A DNA stretch of 62,684 nucleotides, filler included, from Globobulimina sp. (lineage: Eukaryota): assembly GCA_003354225.1 (NCBI GenBank). It is 42 parts of 42 records of this genome, joined end to end, with 100 filler letters (N's around TTAATTAATTAA, not from the genome) between each part and the next. Parts side by side here need not be neighbours in the genome. Positions count along the whole stretch, not along the records: positions 49,340 to 50,733 come from PIVH01017389.1; positions 50,834 to 52,227 come from PIVH01017390.1; positions 52,328 to 53,721 come from PIVH01017391.1; positions 53,822 to 55,215 come from PIVH01017392.1; positions 55,316 to 56,709 come from PIVH01017393.1; positions 56,810 to 58,203 come from PIVH01017394.1; positions 58,304 to 59,697 come from PIVH01017395.1; positions 59,798 to 61,191 come from PIVH01017396.1; 34 more parts are not named here. One strand, 5' to 3'. Position 1 is the first letter of the stretch. Every line of letters starts with the position of its first letter. Of the stretch, positions 49,340-62,684 are shown piece by piece. The position numbers were made by a program, and so were the translations under genes. The notes beneath the pieces were generated by a model, which saw only the letters and a program-made list of their open reading frames with translations, did no database searches and was not told the DNA's origin.

Positions 49340-50456
49340 CTGAGAGTTTTCTTTTTTGGTGTGATGAATTCGAAAGTGAATCTGCAGCGGCATCGTTAGA
49401 CAATCTTGTCAATGATAGTCGCGAATGGTTTGGTGTTGAACTCTTACTCGTCGATACTGACATATTTAACATACTCGCACTGGATTGCAACGACACACTG
49501 CGCCTTTCTGCAGTCAGTGCAGTGAGAGATAACTTTCTTTCATTACTGACGCTATGCGATTTTATTGGTGATGCACTATTTTCAAAAGTATTTTGAGATG
49601 GAGACGCATTCATTGAATTATCACCAAAATCAATCTTTATCCCAATACTCGAAACAGTCAAATTTAATTTGGTCGGACTGGAGTGTGAAATCGAACGTTT
49701 TTCAATCGTATTTAGACCCATTTTCTGCATTTTTCGACTGGCAATTTGTAAATCAGTGGCAATGATACGGTGCAACGATTTAATGGCTTGATATCTGTGA
49801 TATAATAATAACCATAATATCCAACATGATAATTCAGTAAAAAACCAGAAAACCATTAATTTGGAGACACAAACTCCTAAAACAGAAATAACATAAAATG
49901 TGCACATAACGCAGATTATTTTTTTAATATTTTTTTGTAATGATTTCAATTCAATGTAAATATTTACGTTTCTAAGTTGTGTTTTGTTGAACAAATGGTG
50001 CAAACTAAACGTTTTCAATGTGCACAAATAGATATCCAAGACATAAAAACATGCGCCGCAGCAACACGGAATAAAAGTGAAGATAACGTTTAGCCGCAAC
50101 CATGTATCTCCATTGAATCTAAGGTAGGGAAATATTAATAATAAACTCAACATATTTCCAACAATTCCCGCAAATTGCAATGTTAATTTCTTTTTTCTTA
50201 ATTGGTAACCCATTGATTTAGGGCGGAGGTTTAATGAATATCGTCTTGGTGAGGTTTGCAATGATAATCTTCGTGACGAATTGCGGTGGTTCTTATGTTG
50301 CGATGCTCCTCTATTTCCGGCAGAAGCTATGACACAAATTGCATCTAATTTGAATGACTCAATCTGTTTATGTGTGACTATTAGCCAACAAATCCATATT
50401 GACAACCAAATAAACCATTCGATCCAATATGCTAATTCAATATCAAGTGGTTTCAT
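49340..50456 (-). CDS. Multi-pass membrane (7TM-like) protein with Ser-rich loop (3' partial)
   Basis: Five hydrophobic helices then a long Ser-rich region. Confidence 0.65.
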
Positions 50457-52327
50457 TGTTCAATCTCAACAAATATTATGAGTTTCATCATACGTTATCT
50501 GTTTTCATTTTGCAATATGTTTTTCATACGGAAATAAATGATCATAGAGTATTATTAAAATACAAAAACATGCAAGAAAACAAAAACATTATTTTTTTGC
50601 ATCAAGGACTTTAATGATTATAAATATAAACAAACATAATACTGCTACAAAATAAATAAAAACCATCCACATGGCATTTGAACAAAAAAATGATTTATAC
50701 GGTGGAGTGTGGCCATCAGATCCAAAACATTTCNNNNNNNNNNNNNNNNNNNNNNNNNNNNNNNNNNNNNNNNNNNNTTAATTAATTAANNNNNNNNNNN
50801 NNNNNNNNNNNNNNNNNNNNNNNNNNNNNNNNNGATTCAGGTGGCCAACAATCGAGCTCATATGACAATTGAGTGTCCTTTATAAATTCCATTGTTAACT
50901 AAGTACTAAGCATTGCCGCACGCTCGAAATACATTTGTTTCCGAATTTGTAACTCCATAGATACTCATGGTGTATAACGTCTGATTAGTGTCTGTTTACT
51001 TAGAGAAGCAAACGTCACCTGATCAACCGTAAACCAACAAACAAAGTTTTAGTGGCAAGGTTTGTCTGGCTGGGTGACTAACATCTGGAAAGCCTTACAG
51101 CCAAATGAGAAGCAATATGTAATTTGATATTTGTCACCTGCTAGTGTTGGAGATAAGCTGCAAGGCCGGCAAAGTTAGTCGGCAAATTGTTACTTTTCGG
51201 GGCACTTTGCGAGCGGAACTGTGTATATATATATATTATTTATAGACTTGTTAAATCCTGTTATCTCAAATATATTGAAATGAGTCAAATTGTGCCTAAA
51301 GTTTATCACCCGGTTTTTTATTCTTCGAAACGATATCCACACGAAGTATCGAATCCGACAGTGCATGACCGTCAAAGATACGCTACTTTAGAATTAATGA
51401 AATCGCAAGATAAAAATTTGAGAATGTTTTGTTATCAATATAATACAGACGATGATAAGAAAGGTAAACTTATTTTAATATTCACGAGTACAGTCAGAAA
51501 TACAGAATAAGAAAAATTGTGTTATATCTAGGGTGCGTCGTTAATTATGGAAATTTACAAATTTTCAATGGAAAATTCCAAAAACTGAGAAAAATCACGA
51601 AAATTGGTTTTTGGTACTGGTTCATTTTTTTTATCTCAGAATTATCGCTGTAATATATTCCCAACGGAATTTTGCGTTTTAAATATTCACCCTGATCACA
51701 GTTTAGCAATAAAATGAGTAAATTAGGTAAAAATTGATAAAAAATGTAAATTTGAGTGAAAATAGCATTTACATAATTTAAAAATTCGCCATTTTTCGAA
51801 TTCCAAAAATTTCAAATTAACGGTCCTAATAGGGACTACTGTTTATGAAAACGTTTTCCCAGAGACAGATTCGAAAAACTTAATCGTTAGACGAAGTGGA
51901 ATGTATGAATCGAGACTAAAAAAAATTCTCTTTGTGCCCTTTGAAATAAAGAGTGTGGCTGTTTGAGACGGGGAGTAAGAAAGAGATCAACCTCGCAGGC
52001 AAGAAACCAGGCTGTTAGTCACTGAGCAACCTGAAACACCTATGCCTGCTGAACCAAACAGCGCTGAAAAAGATGGCTGTACAGGCGAATGTATATCTTT
52101 ACAGCCATTCAATTGTGGATTGTTTTTGTATACAAAAAAAATGGTTTTTCAATATAAAATCTCTTACTTTTTAAGTAAGAAAGGGTTATATTTTTAGATT
52201 TATGTCAAGACTTTATTGATTTTTTTTNNNNNNNNNNNNNNNNNNNNNNNNNNNNNNNNNNNNNNNNNNNNTTAATTAATTAANNNNNNNNNNNNNNNNN
52301 NNNNNNNNNNNNNNNNNNNNNNNNNNN

Positions 52328-53721
52328 TGCTTTTTCGTTTGGTTTGGAAATATTTATTTGCTTCCCTGGATTTCAAAGGATATCCATTTAACTGCAACGG
52401 AGATGGTTGTCAGTAAATCCATGTTAACCATATCAGCTCTCATATTTCGTGTTATTGTCGGTGATTTATTGCCGAAAATCGGCTCAAGATATTGTTATAT
52501 TTTAATAATGAGTATAGCAGCAATACCAACCTTTTTATTATATTTTATTAGCACATCCACACAATACATTTTATGCAATTTGTTCATTGGAATCATTGGC
52601 TCATCCTTTGTCATCACACAATATCACACCTCGCAATTCTTTGATAATGCAATCATTGGTTTGGCCAACGGGACATCAGCGGGTTGGGGCAATGTTGGTG
52701 GTGGCTCTGCTGCGGTGATATTGACCTTATTGGCAACGCACAACGTAAACTGGAGAATATTAACACTTTCGTCTGGTTTCTTATTGTCGGTCCCCATGTT
52801 TTTATATTATTTTTGCAGCACAGACACATTGAATGGAAATGTAAACTGTAAAGAAGACGTTACATGGAATAAATTGAAAAACATGCAACGACTTAAAGAG
52901 GCTGTGTATGATTATCGAACATGGATTTTATTTTTAATATATGCGGCATGCTTTGGCGTAAAAACAGCAATCATGCAATATATAACCAATTATTTTGTAT
53001 TTGAATTCAATTTGGGTTCATTGCATTGCACAGTAATTGTTTTTGTATTTAGTTCACTAAATTTATTTTCTCGTTCTTTGGGTGGTCATATTTCCGATCT
53101 AATACATAAAAAATATGGCGTCAAAGCAAGAATATATGTTTTATTTTTAATATTATTTTTCGAATCGATATTTTTATTGATATTTGCTTTTGGGACATTT
53201 AATCTGCAGTTTTCCGTTGTAATTATGGGATTTTTTGGCTTTTTTTTGGAGAATGCAGCGGGTGTTACCTTTGGAATTGTTCCCTTTGTTCAGTCAGATA
53301 ATATTGGACCGTTATATGGCATTGTTGGAAGTGGCGGAACTTTTGGCAATTTTTTGTTTGGAACAACAATTTTTTATTTTACATCCACGAATCAGTTGCA
53401 ATATCAATTCGCATTTATGATCATCTCATTTTTTGTATTTTTTGTAGCATTTTTATCATTGAAAATTGAGTTCCCTGAAACTGAAATGAATCAATCAAAT
53501 CGCGATTTGCTGACAAAAATTCATAAATTAAAGAACGATTTGTTATATTTGGAGGACGAGAAAAAAGAAATGGTGCAAGAAATGAGTTCATTAAGAACGA
53601 GGACAATGGATAACATGCATTATAAAGACTGGTCGCATAAAGAAGTGTTAACTTGGATATTATCACTGGAAAATAAAGTATTTATCCAATATGAAGATGT
53701 ATTGAATAAAGCATTGACGGA
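52328..53721 (+). CDS. NRT2: NRT2/NarK-family nitrate/nitrite transporter fused to coiled-coil and SAM-like domain (both ends partial)
   Basis: FFVWF, IFRVIVG (Arg), FVITQYHTS.FF...IGLANGTSAGWGNVGGG (nitrate signature), YAACFGV, NLFSRSLGG..SD (Arg), FGIVPFV; tail YKDWSHKEVLTWILSLE...F.QYEDVL. Confidence 0.9.
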
Positions 53722-54754
53722 NNNNNNNNNNNNNNNNNNNNNNNNNNNNNNNNNNNNNNNNNNNNTTAATTAATTAANNNNNNNNNNNNNNNNNNNNNNN
53801 NNNNNNNNNNNNNNNNNNNNNGAAACAGGGCGACTAAGCCTAGCCTAAGCCTAATATATCAGTTTTTTTCCGCTTAATGATAATTCACAATATTATTTTT
53901 ATTTAATAGTTCATTTCTGTCGATAAAGAATCATTTGAAAAATAATAGAACCAGAGAAATGTTCTTGAACAAACGCACTGAACCTATTAAATAATGTCGT
54001 CAAATAATAGAGCGCGCCATTATTAAATAAACTGATAATTACTAATTACTTAATGAATTACATAAGTTGTAAACATAAGAAATGCATTCTACGTATTCGA
54101 TTACATAACTGTGTTTTGCAAAATACAACGTTTCTTTAGAAGTACCAGTTTTGGAAATAAAACTATCAAATTGAGCACTAAAGCCACTAGAAGATAAGTC
54201 TAATGTCATACCATATTGTCACTTTCATTGTGAACTGGATAACTTTTTGTTTTGGTTATTTGTATAAAACATGTTTTTAGGGTTACTTTAACCCCACGAA
54301 TACGATGGTATACTTTATTTTGGTTAAATATCATTACAAATAACAGTTTTTTAACATTTTCTACGCAGTACAATCACATAAGGGCTGATTTAGTGATAAA
54401 ATTGCTATATTGATGTAGTATATTGTTTTCAATCACTTAAGATGTGACAACTGGGTATTTTAATGATACATGAAAAAGGAATGATGAAAATTCGACGAAT
54501 CTTGTTGAAAATTTGGATATTCCAGAGGTTCGTTTTGTATTACATATTACCTATACAAAGTTTGTTTGTTACTGTATTATTCCGGTCGTTTAAAGCTGTC
54601 ACCCGTTATCCTGAGGTTGTCGTACATGAAAGCTCGCATACGAACTGTTTTTTTTGGCAGCAGTACCGAATAACTGTTTTGCATAAATTGTTGTTCCGAC
54701 TGGCCCTAGGCCAGAACGATGAGGCTTTGTCATGCGAAAAAGCCAAAGCTGTAA

Positions 54755-55069
54755 AGCCCGGTTCACAATGCAGCCGACACGCCGACAAGACGACGCGCAG
54801 ACGCGCCGACACGACACGACATGGTTCACAATGAGGGTTTTGTCGTGTCGGCACGTCGGCGCGTCGTGTCGGCCCGAGTTGAGCAAAATTTATCTTTTTG
54901 GCCGACATGAACAGACAAGCCGACACGCCGACAAGTGCGGGACTTTTTTCTGTATGGAAATATGGTATATGCATTGTGAACAGTGCATATGTCGTGTCGG
55001 CGTGTCGGCACGTCGGTTGCCTTCGAGTCGTGTCGGCACGTCGTGTCTGTTATCATTGTGAACCAGGCT
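54755..55069. mobile_element. PIF/Harbinger-type MITE, 315 bp
   Basis: 16-bp TIRs AGCCCGGTTCACAATG / CATTGTGAACCAGGCT (1 mismatch), TAA on both flanks, many internal GCCGACA(C) repeats in both orientations. Confidence 0.85.
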
Positions 55070-55606
55070 TAAGCGGTCGTCATATTAGCCGCTCCTAGTG
55101 GCTATGTATTAGCAAGTCTTGGTATTAGCAAGAGCGTGTGTGTGCGGACGGATGGTGTAGTAGGTATCTTGTTAACAATAATGGCTGACGATCCAGCTAT
55201 TGAAGAAGTTATTATNNNNNNNNNNNNNNNNNNNNNNNNNNNNNNNNNNNNNNNNNNNNTTAATTAATTAANNNNNNNNNNNNNNNNNNNNNNNNNNNNN
55301 NNNNNNNNNNNNNNNTATACTCAATTGCAAAGCAAAAGAGCACACCACCATCGTTGCAAATAAATATAAGAACATAAATGATTTTATTTGTTTAATACCG
55401 CTCTATATATAGTTAATTACAACTATGATTTTCAGATTATGGCATACGCCGAACTATTAATATAAATTATATATGATCGAGAGTAGCTGTCAGTTATATC
55501 AAACTAATAACTATGGCAAATACCGTGAGATGTGAATAAACTAATAATACCATAATAAAACTCTACAAGTTTTTCAGTGTTTTTTCCATTTCTACAACGA
55601 ATAACT

Positions 55607-56709
55607 ATGGCTTCCTACTCAGTCATATTGCGACTAATAACACTGATTCTCTACCTGCCAGGTATAGCAAGTATATTTGTGTCACTGTCAATACATTACA
55701 AACATGCGCACGAATATAAAAAAAGACATTGCCCGAAGTACCAATGTTATTCGCTGTCTTGCCACACAGTGCAAAGACACAACAATAAACTGCCCAGATG
55801 ATGGCGCTGATTGTTTCATATCATGCAGCACTCCAAACGCCTGTCAAAATGCTATTATTAATTGTCCAAAAAACCAACAATGCTTGATTTTATGCGATGA
55901 GATTAATAGCTGTCAAGGCGCGACTTTCAACGCCCAATCTGCCGCTACTTTAGATATCACAGCCTGTCAAAAACACCAATCTTGTCTCGATTTAACTATC
56001 TATTGTCCACAGTACACGACAGACACCAATTGTTTCATTGAAGGTATACCAAAATATATAATGTGCCCATTTTCTGCATGTTTGAATCTGCCGAAATCAA
56101 TGCAATATGTTAAGGTAATGATAACTTAGGCTCTAACATGCAAATATACGCTAAAAATGGTTGGGATGACATTGAGATTGATTATAATGGAACATTCAAC
56201 AATAACTTAGCGGGAACAATGCATTGCAACACAAATTATGACATTTCCTGTGATATTGCATCGGATAAATGGTCCTGCAACGACCGGGACAGTCGGTGTA
56301 ATGATATGTTGTCGCAGCAAAATGAATATAGCCATTCGAATAATATTGACTCAGAAATGGTAGTAATAGTAAGCACATTGGTCGCCGCAGTCTTATTCAT
56401 TGCAATCTGTTGTTGGCACAATAACAGATCACGCAAAACATTATCGACCACACAAACTAGCCCTACTGCGACGGCCACGGCTATTTATACGAACACTGTG
56501 GTTGACACAAAACGTAATTATGTCAGAGGAGAGAACGGCGTTGGTACTGGCACGCATACTCATGATCACAATACAAATATAAATGTAAATATAGATCAGC
56601 CCAAATCGCCAAAGTCAAAGTCCATTTCGACTGTGTCAGCTCAGCCCACTGCAGTTGTTGCAACAGCAAAACCTGCCATGTCATTGTCATCCGAGCTTGC
56701 TATCGATAT
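55607..56709 (+). CDS. Cys-rich type I membrane protein (3 exons, 3' partial)
   Basis: Signal peptide exon; repeats C....I.CP....C.I.C; intron 56044-56114; TM helix VVIVSTLVAAVLFIAICCW. Confidence 0.75.
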
Positions 56710-56809
56710 NNNNNNNNNNNNNNNNNNNNNNNNNNNNNNNNNNNNNNNNNNNNTTAATTAATTAANNNNNNNNNNNNNNNNNNNNNNNNNNNNNNNNNNN
56801 NNNNNNNNN

Positions 56810-57903
56810 ATTCCAGAATTAGTAGGAGAAGCAGTTGTATTTGTAATTGTGTCACCAGTCATAAATGAAACTCTATCAACAGTCAAATCCACAGTACATT
56901 CACATTCTGCCATCTCCATATTTCCATCAATATAATATCTGGCAGAAGTACCATGATCAACATACCATCTCTTATCACAAACACTTATATCCATTGACTC
57001 GCCACTGAAACAATATGCGATCGGATATTTGAGTCCCACCGAATCAGCAGCTTCATACAAAAATAAACCAAAAGCGCCACCATACTCATTTCCTGCAGTC
57101 TCTGTCCAACGAATCTGCGCTACTTCACCGCTATAAATAGGTTTAGAAAAAACATCATCATAACCAGCAAAACAATAACTGACGGACTCATCGGCAATAT
57201 CTTTGTGCTGCCCTTCAATCCGTCCATTTAAGCACACTGCAGTTTCAATAGTGTCGGTCAGCAAACTATCACCATTCCACGCAACATCACTGTGGATAAA
57301 CATTGTATTTTCTGGTAAATTAAGAACTGTGCTCATTGGATCTGGCTCATTACAAAAAATGTCATAAGAGAGACTTACTGTTTCGTCCACGTATCCCGCA
57401 GCTGAATAGGTGGTGACTTGGGTTGGTAAATCATCGCAGTTCGCATTTTGAAATATGTTTATTGCATATTGTGTGTTGTCATTACATGAATATAACTGAC
57501 CATTTTGACATGTATTGGTTACCCAGGTGGATGAATACCATTTTCTCCAATCATGTTCACCGTAATCGTTGTTATGTACTTTGATAACAATATATGGACA
57601 TGTTTCTGCAGCATCGCATGTGAAATCATTTGGATTTCGTGTGGCAATGGAGGCTGTATATTCTCCTTCACATTTTGATGAATCTGCGTATGTATATTTA
57701 ATGATATGGGAATTATCTGCTCCACATAAATACATTACTGATTCTTGTTGTATTGTATTCGCTGCATAATGAGTGCCAGTACATATTCCTAATGGATAAC
57801 GGGCTATTTCTTTGAATGGTGGCTCTGGATGTCTTTGTGCGTAATGTGTACATGATGTGGAAATCTCCACCATCAAAAACGTTGCTAATAATACGGTTGC
57901 CAT
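56810..57903 (-). CDS. Secreted Cys-rich protein (3' partial)
   Basis: Signal peptide MATVLLATFLMVEISTS, repeated C...Y.C.......Y....C units, start of a SPT stalk. Confidence 0.7.
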
Positions 57904-58303
57904 TGTAGTTAGCAATCGAGCTGACTTACAAAAAAACTGTTGACAGTTTTCATGAAAAATGTTTCTGTGATACCAATATTGCTTAGGGAATGTTGGTAAA
58001 TGACGTAATTACAATTGGACCCTAGGTCCTAGGTCCATTTCATCCGTAAGAACTTGTAAGAAGTTCAAACTTTTTTTTTTAAGGATTAGAGAAAGACTAA
58101 CTAAGTTCGGAGGTTAAACATTCGAAAAAGCCTCTTTGTTTACTACCGAAGGGCTTTAGCTGCAAGCGTTCTAAAAAGTGATTCACGTCCCTTCGAAACA
58201 TCTNNNNNNNNNNNNNNNNNNNNNNNNNNNNNNNNNNNNNNNNNNNNTTAATTAATTAANNNNNNNNNNNNNNNNNNNNNNNNNNNNNNNNNNNNNNNNN
58301 NNN

Positions 58304-59665
58304 GTTTGTAGTTTCCTTTCCATTTTGTTCAATTCCAATATAACAGTCATAAATCGGTTCACCATGAATTTGTTTCAATTTCCAATGATATGTAAATGGA
58401 GCTTTACAAATAGCATCACCAAAAATACTCTTATATCCAGTTCCTATTTTAGATATAGTATCGTCCGATATAATGATTTCCTTATCTTTGACACCCCATT
58501 TGTCAAAACATTGCCAATTTATTTTATCAGCAATACCTTCATAGTGGTGCCTTAATGCAGTAACACATTCTGTTATTTCTTCAATTTCAGGAGAAAAGAT
58601 CATGATCATTTGTTGACAATTTGTCTTTACTTCTCCTGTACCATCCATTTTGACACATTTCATCGGCATTTTCTGAATGATTTTAACAGGAATATACTGC
58701 TCTTTTTCTTCTTTGTACCATCTGCATCGACCTGATCTTGTAAAAGATAGCGCATGTATTAATTTAGCATGTTCTTTGTCATATTCTTGCTGTAATTTAT
58801 CATACTTCTCTTGTAATATATTTAACGCTCCTTTTTCTTCATTTTCGTTCACTTCTTTTTGTTCATTTTCGTTCTGAACAGTGATTGCCCCCAAAATGTT
58901 AATATTTTTTAATACTTTATTACAATTCGATTCATTTAAATTACAACTAATATTTACACGATATCCATCATTTTGAGATATTAATTCTTTCACCATTTTC
59001 TCCTTTTTGTTAATACTTTGCATTTCTAAATTAAACTGCTGTTCATATTGTTGTCCCGTATTCAGTATAACCTCTTTTCTCTTCTCTCTATGCTCATTTT
59101 TATATTCTCTCACGGTCTTATCACATAACTTTAAATTTGCAGTGATTTTATCCTGTTGCCTGGCAATAATACTTTCCATATCTTCAAATGAATCAATTTC
59201 TTTTGCATCGATATCATTATTATCTAAATATTGCGTTTTTATTTTATCCAATTCAGTCAATAAATGTTGTTCTCTTTTCTGTAGCGCATTTTTAATATTT
59301 TCAAATGCATTCTTTATTTTTTGCTGAGCCGTTTCAATTTGTTTATCCCATTCATTGTTGCGGTGTTGCACTGATTTTGAATATCTGATTTTTAATTCTT
59401 TAATATTTATTTCTGTTGTACTTAATTCAAGCATATGCTGCTTAAGTGTATCCATTACATATTGTTCCTTTTCAGATATCACAATAATCTCTCGCTCACT
59501 AAATATATTTAATATATTATGAAATGCAATGAGATAAAGATATAAACTATAAAGATATAAATATATATATATATATATTGCACTGAACTTGTTTAATGAT
59601 TGAATCGCTTTCAATATTTTGGGGATGAAATGCGATTTACTTTGTAACAATATAGGATCGCACAT
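58304..59665 (-). CDS. TRIM-like coiled-coil protein with start of SPRY-like domain (partial)
   Basis: IKNAFENIKNALQKREQHLLTELD (BBC-type coiled coil); KSIFGD.....TYHWKLK...YIGI; 5' part probably contains an intron. Confidence 0.6.
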
Positions 59666-59797
59666 AAATTGAATATATTGAGGTGACGAAAATGCTANNN
59701 NNNNNNNNNNNNNNNNNNNNNNNNNNNNNNNNNNNNNNNNNTTAATTAATTAANNNNNNNNNNNNNNNNNNNNNNNNNNNNNNNNNNNNNNNNNNNN

Positions 59798-61040
59798 TAT
59801 ACTCGCTTTTTTTTGTACTCAACAAATCATTATAATTCGCCGCGACCTCTTCATTGGAACCCGTCGAATCAGAATCAAAATTATTGAAACTTTCCCCCTC
59901 TTCCACCGCTGGCTGGCATTCACTTGTATTCTTATTAAAACATTCATAGCCTCCAAGTTTCTTAAAATGGTTATAAATCTTCATTTTTTTGTTGGTGAAG
60001 GAATACTTATAACACAGCTCATGGATTTGATTGAAATGCGCCCATAAATAGTCGCAATTATCCGCAACCTTCGACTGTTCCTTCGCACTGTTCACATTTT
60101 TCATGGCGTTGCTCAAATCGGTGGGTAACTGATCACTCCTTCCACATTCTTCTTTTTTCCATCCCAATTCCAAATCTTTAATGTATTTATCTGATTTGGA
60201 GATGTCTAAACAGTCCATATCGTCATAAGAGATGCCAGAGATTGCGGAACAACAATCTTCGCCATGTCTGGGCGTAGTACTCGTCGACGTGGACGAGGTC
60301 GTTGTTGTGGATGAGGTCGTTGTTGAGCTCCTGGTCGACGTGGACGTGGACGTGCTCGTGCTCGTTGTGCTTGTGCTGGAGGTGGACGATGTGGATGACG
60401 TTGACGTGGCGATGGCTGTATTTATTGGCGCGTCAATGGTACCGGTATCCGTTGCAGTGCTTTGGATGTCAATATCATCGCCAATGTCAATGACAGGATG
60501 GCCAGTTTCAGCCAAAAAAGACCAATCCTGGCCACAATCCACTTTAATATCAGCTCGTTTGTAGCAGTGTATGTTTGCTAAATGTTGCGTATCGATATAA
60601 AAGCCCGGCAACATTCCATTCAATGCATCATCGGCGTACGGATACTCACCATCATAGAAGCTAGCAATGGACACAAAACACAGCGAATCGGGGTGGCTTA
60701 AATTCAGTGACTTGCCGTCAGGGCCAGTTACAAATGGCTTCCATTCATTGGATTCGTCGTATTCATCTAAATCACTTTCTGGCGCAAAGTCATATTTGCG
60801 AAAGAATCTCGCATGGATATATTCCTTGGTACCTACGGTGTAAATCTCACTCTCAAAATGGGCATCTTCCCGGTATGGATAGTATTCGCTGCCCCATATT
60901 TCTAAGATTTCCTCTGCTTTTGGGATCCGGTACATTTCTGTGGGAAAATATAGGCGTGCAAGGATAGGAAATTTAGAGCAAAGAAACGCAACTTTTGTGG
61001 TGTAATTTGGTTGAGGTTTGAGCCACAATTTGAAATTCAA
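59798..61040 (-). CDS. Hypothetical protein with Ser/Thr-rich linker (partial)
   Basis: Long open frame; TSTSSTSSTSSTSTT tract between two Cys-containing regions. Confidence 0.6.
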
Positions 61041-61291
61041 TGATGTTCCAATTATTTAGATTGTCTGCGTCAGAATTGACAGTGCCGACAAATATGGTTT
61101 CATCTAAACATTCTTCGATGCAGTTTGGGTATAAATTGGAATGGTTTTTATTGGGTGGGAGTGGATAATAATTATCAAAATAACATAAGGANNNNNNNNN
61201 NNNNNNNNNNNNNNNNNNNNNNNNNNNNNNNNNNNTTAATTAATTAANNNNNNNNNNNNNNNNNNNNNNNNNNNNNNNNNNNNNNNNNNNN

Positions 61292-62684
61292 CTAAATTCG
61301 TTTTCTGCTCAAAATATTGTTCATTTTTACTCGTCGCAAAATCAATAAATTTATCCATTGAATGTACAATAATGCTCAGTGCATCTTTCTTGTTCATACC
61401 GTACTGATTTTTGAGTTGTACGGCCGCTAAACTTTCAATCTCCGAATAGACCGAGTACGAATTCGCAATTCTAATACTTATTTTGTTCAATATCAACGGC
61501 CTCAAATCAAGCGGGTCCTTTTTAGGGATTGGTAAGCCGTTAGATGTCATTAAATTAACTATCTGGAAATCCGTCACTTTGTTGTTGCATATTCTTTCAA
61601 TGTACTTCAAAAACCATTTGTTATACTCGTTGTTATTGGAATTAATTAATTGTTGGTGGTGAAACGCGGATTGTTGGTCAGGTCCGCCCGTACTCCCTTT
61701 TTTCATCTTATTTATTAATTTTATTGCCACGGCCTCGTCCAATTTAATATATTTGTAATTGCCGTTAATGTATTTGATTTTTTTTGTATATTGCTTCATT
61801 TTTATAAATTTACTATCCCACTTTTTCTTTTTTTGCTCAGTTATGTCCATTGCCGGTTGATACTCGGTTTGCTTATAAGCTTTGCTCAAATCGTTCAAAT
61901 TTGCATATTTTGTGATTCGTTTCTGCCGCATTTTATTAATTTTAATCTCTAATTCTTCGCCTTTGAGTGCTTTGAATTTATTTTTTGATTCTTCTGTCGA
62001 AATATTTATTTTTTCCATCTCGCATTCCGTATAAGCCACGGATTTAATTATTTGCTCAAAATCTAATTCGCGAAACGCTTTGATCTTTTTCTGCATAAAT
62101 TGTATACTTTGTTTCTTATTCTCTTCATTCTTCCCACTTCCTCGATTATTTACATTCAAAATAATTTTAGGCGCCAAATTCATTAATTTCTCATACAATT
62201 CAATGATACGGTTATCATTCGTCGATACTATCATTTTATAATAATGTGCTAATAAATTTGTATAGTCATCCAATATCTGACTGGGAATCTTGTCAATGAC
62301 ATTCGTGCGCAGTAAATTAATAAAATCGATATCATTATATTTCTGTAGCTCGCCGGTGCCGTTATTTATATTATTCGACCGGTTTAATAATGAACAGCCC
62401 GCACAAAATCCACCTACGTCGTTGTTTATTTTTTTATATTTAAATACTAAATTTTTAACCGTTTTTGTATAGTTTTTGCAGGTGTCCTCGTCGCAGGGTT
62501 TGATATGGAATATGTTATAAATATCACTATTGTTTAGATGTTGTGCGCAATTATAATTATCCTTCATTCGCTTAAAATGTTTAATAAAGCCATATAACGT
62601 TAGCCAGGGGCCACCGTTACAATCTTTACGCGGACAATTCCATTCATATTTAATTTTGTTTAATGTATTTCCATTTGCATCAAT
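61292..62684 (-). mobile_element. Non-LTR retrotransposon ORF, CRE/SLACS-like: zinc finger + start of reverse transcriptase
   Basis: Frame open across the whole contig; CPRKDC....LYGFIKH finger; GSTGGPD.....H, LPIPKK...LRPLIL, NQYGM....ALSIIVHSM are RT pre-domain and domain 1-2 motifs. Confidence 0.8.

Noticed and set aside
50834-52227. Coding or transposon-end features in this contig
   Set aside because: Only a short unrecognised ORF and weak motifs; no paired TIRs or domain could be supported.
54463-55098. Six overlapping ORFs
   Set aside because: By-product of the GC-rich palindromic MITE.

Overview
This window is not a contiguous locus. It is 42 unrelated short contigs (about 1,393-1,396 bp, sorted by length) joined by artificial 100-nt spacers (44 N + TTAATTAATTAA + 44 N), so adjacency across spacers has no biological meaning. 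Most contigs are AT-rich eukaryotic genomic DNA in the standard code with short GT-AG introns (53-80 nt). The gene content (expanded SAM, kelch, SPRY, F-box-like, 7TM-like and Cys-rich secreted proteins, a nitrate transporter, alpha-tubulin) suggests a foraminiferan or other rhizarian protist; this assignment is inference. Recognisable host genes: alpha-tubulin, eIF3a N-terminus, DPY30-domain protein, EXD2, a signal-peptide arginine kinase, GT92 and GT25 glycosyltransferases, class 3 lipase, a protein kinase, tandem WWE/PARP genes, an NRT2-type nitrate transporter fused to a SAM-like domain, and a zinc-finger + RelA/SpoT-like nucleotidyltransferase + ankyrin protein. Three contigs look foreign: two giant-virus-like (GFAT/glmS at 1-1396; 34398-35792) and one phage-like (28418-29812) carrying six nested inverted copies of a 14-bp motif. 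Mobile and repeat DNA includes a CRE-like non-LTR retrotransposon, a PIF/Harbinger MITE, a ~145-bp satellite, a 79-bp perfect inverted repeat and a shrunken tRNA-like Pol III unit. All protein calls come from motif recognition by eye; no database searches were run.
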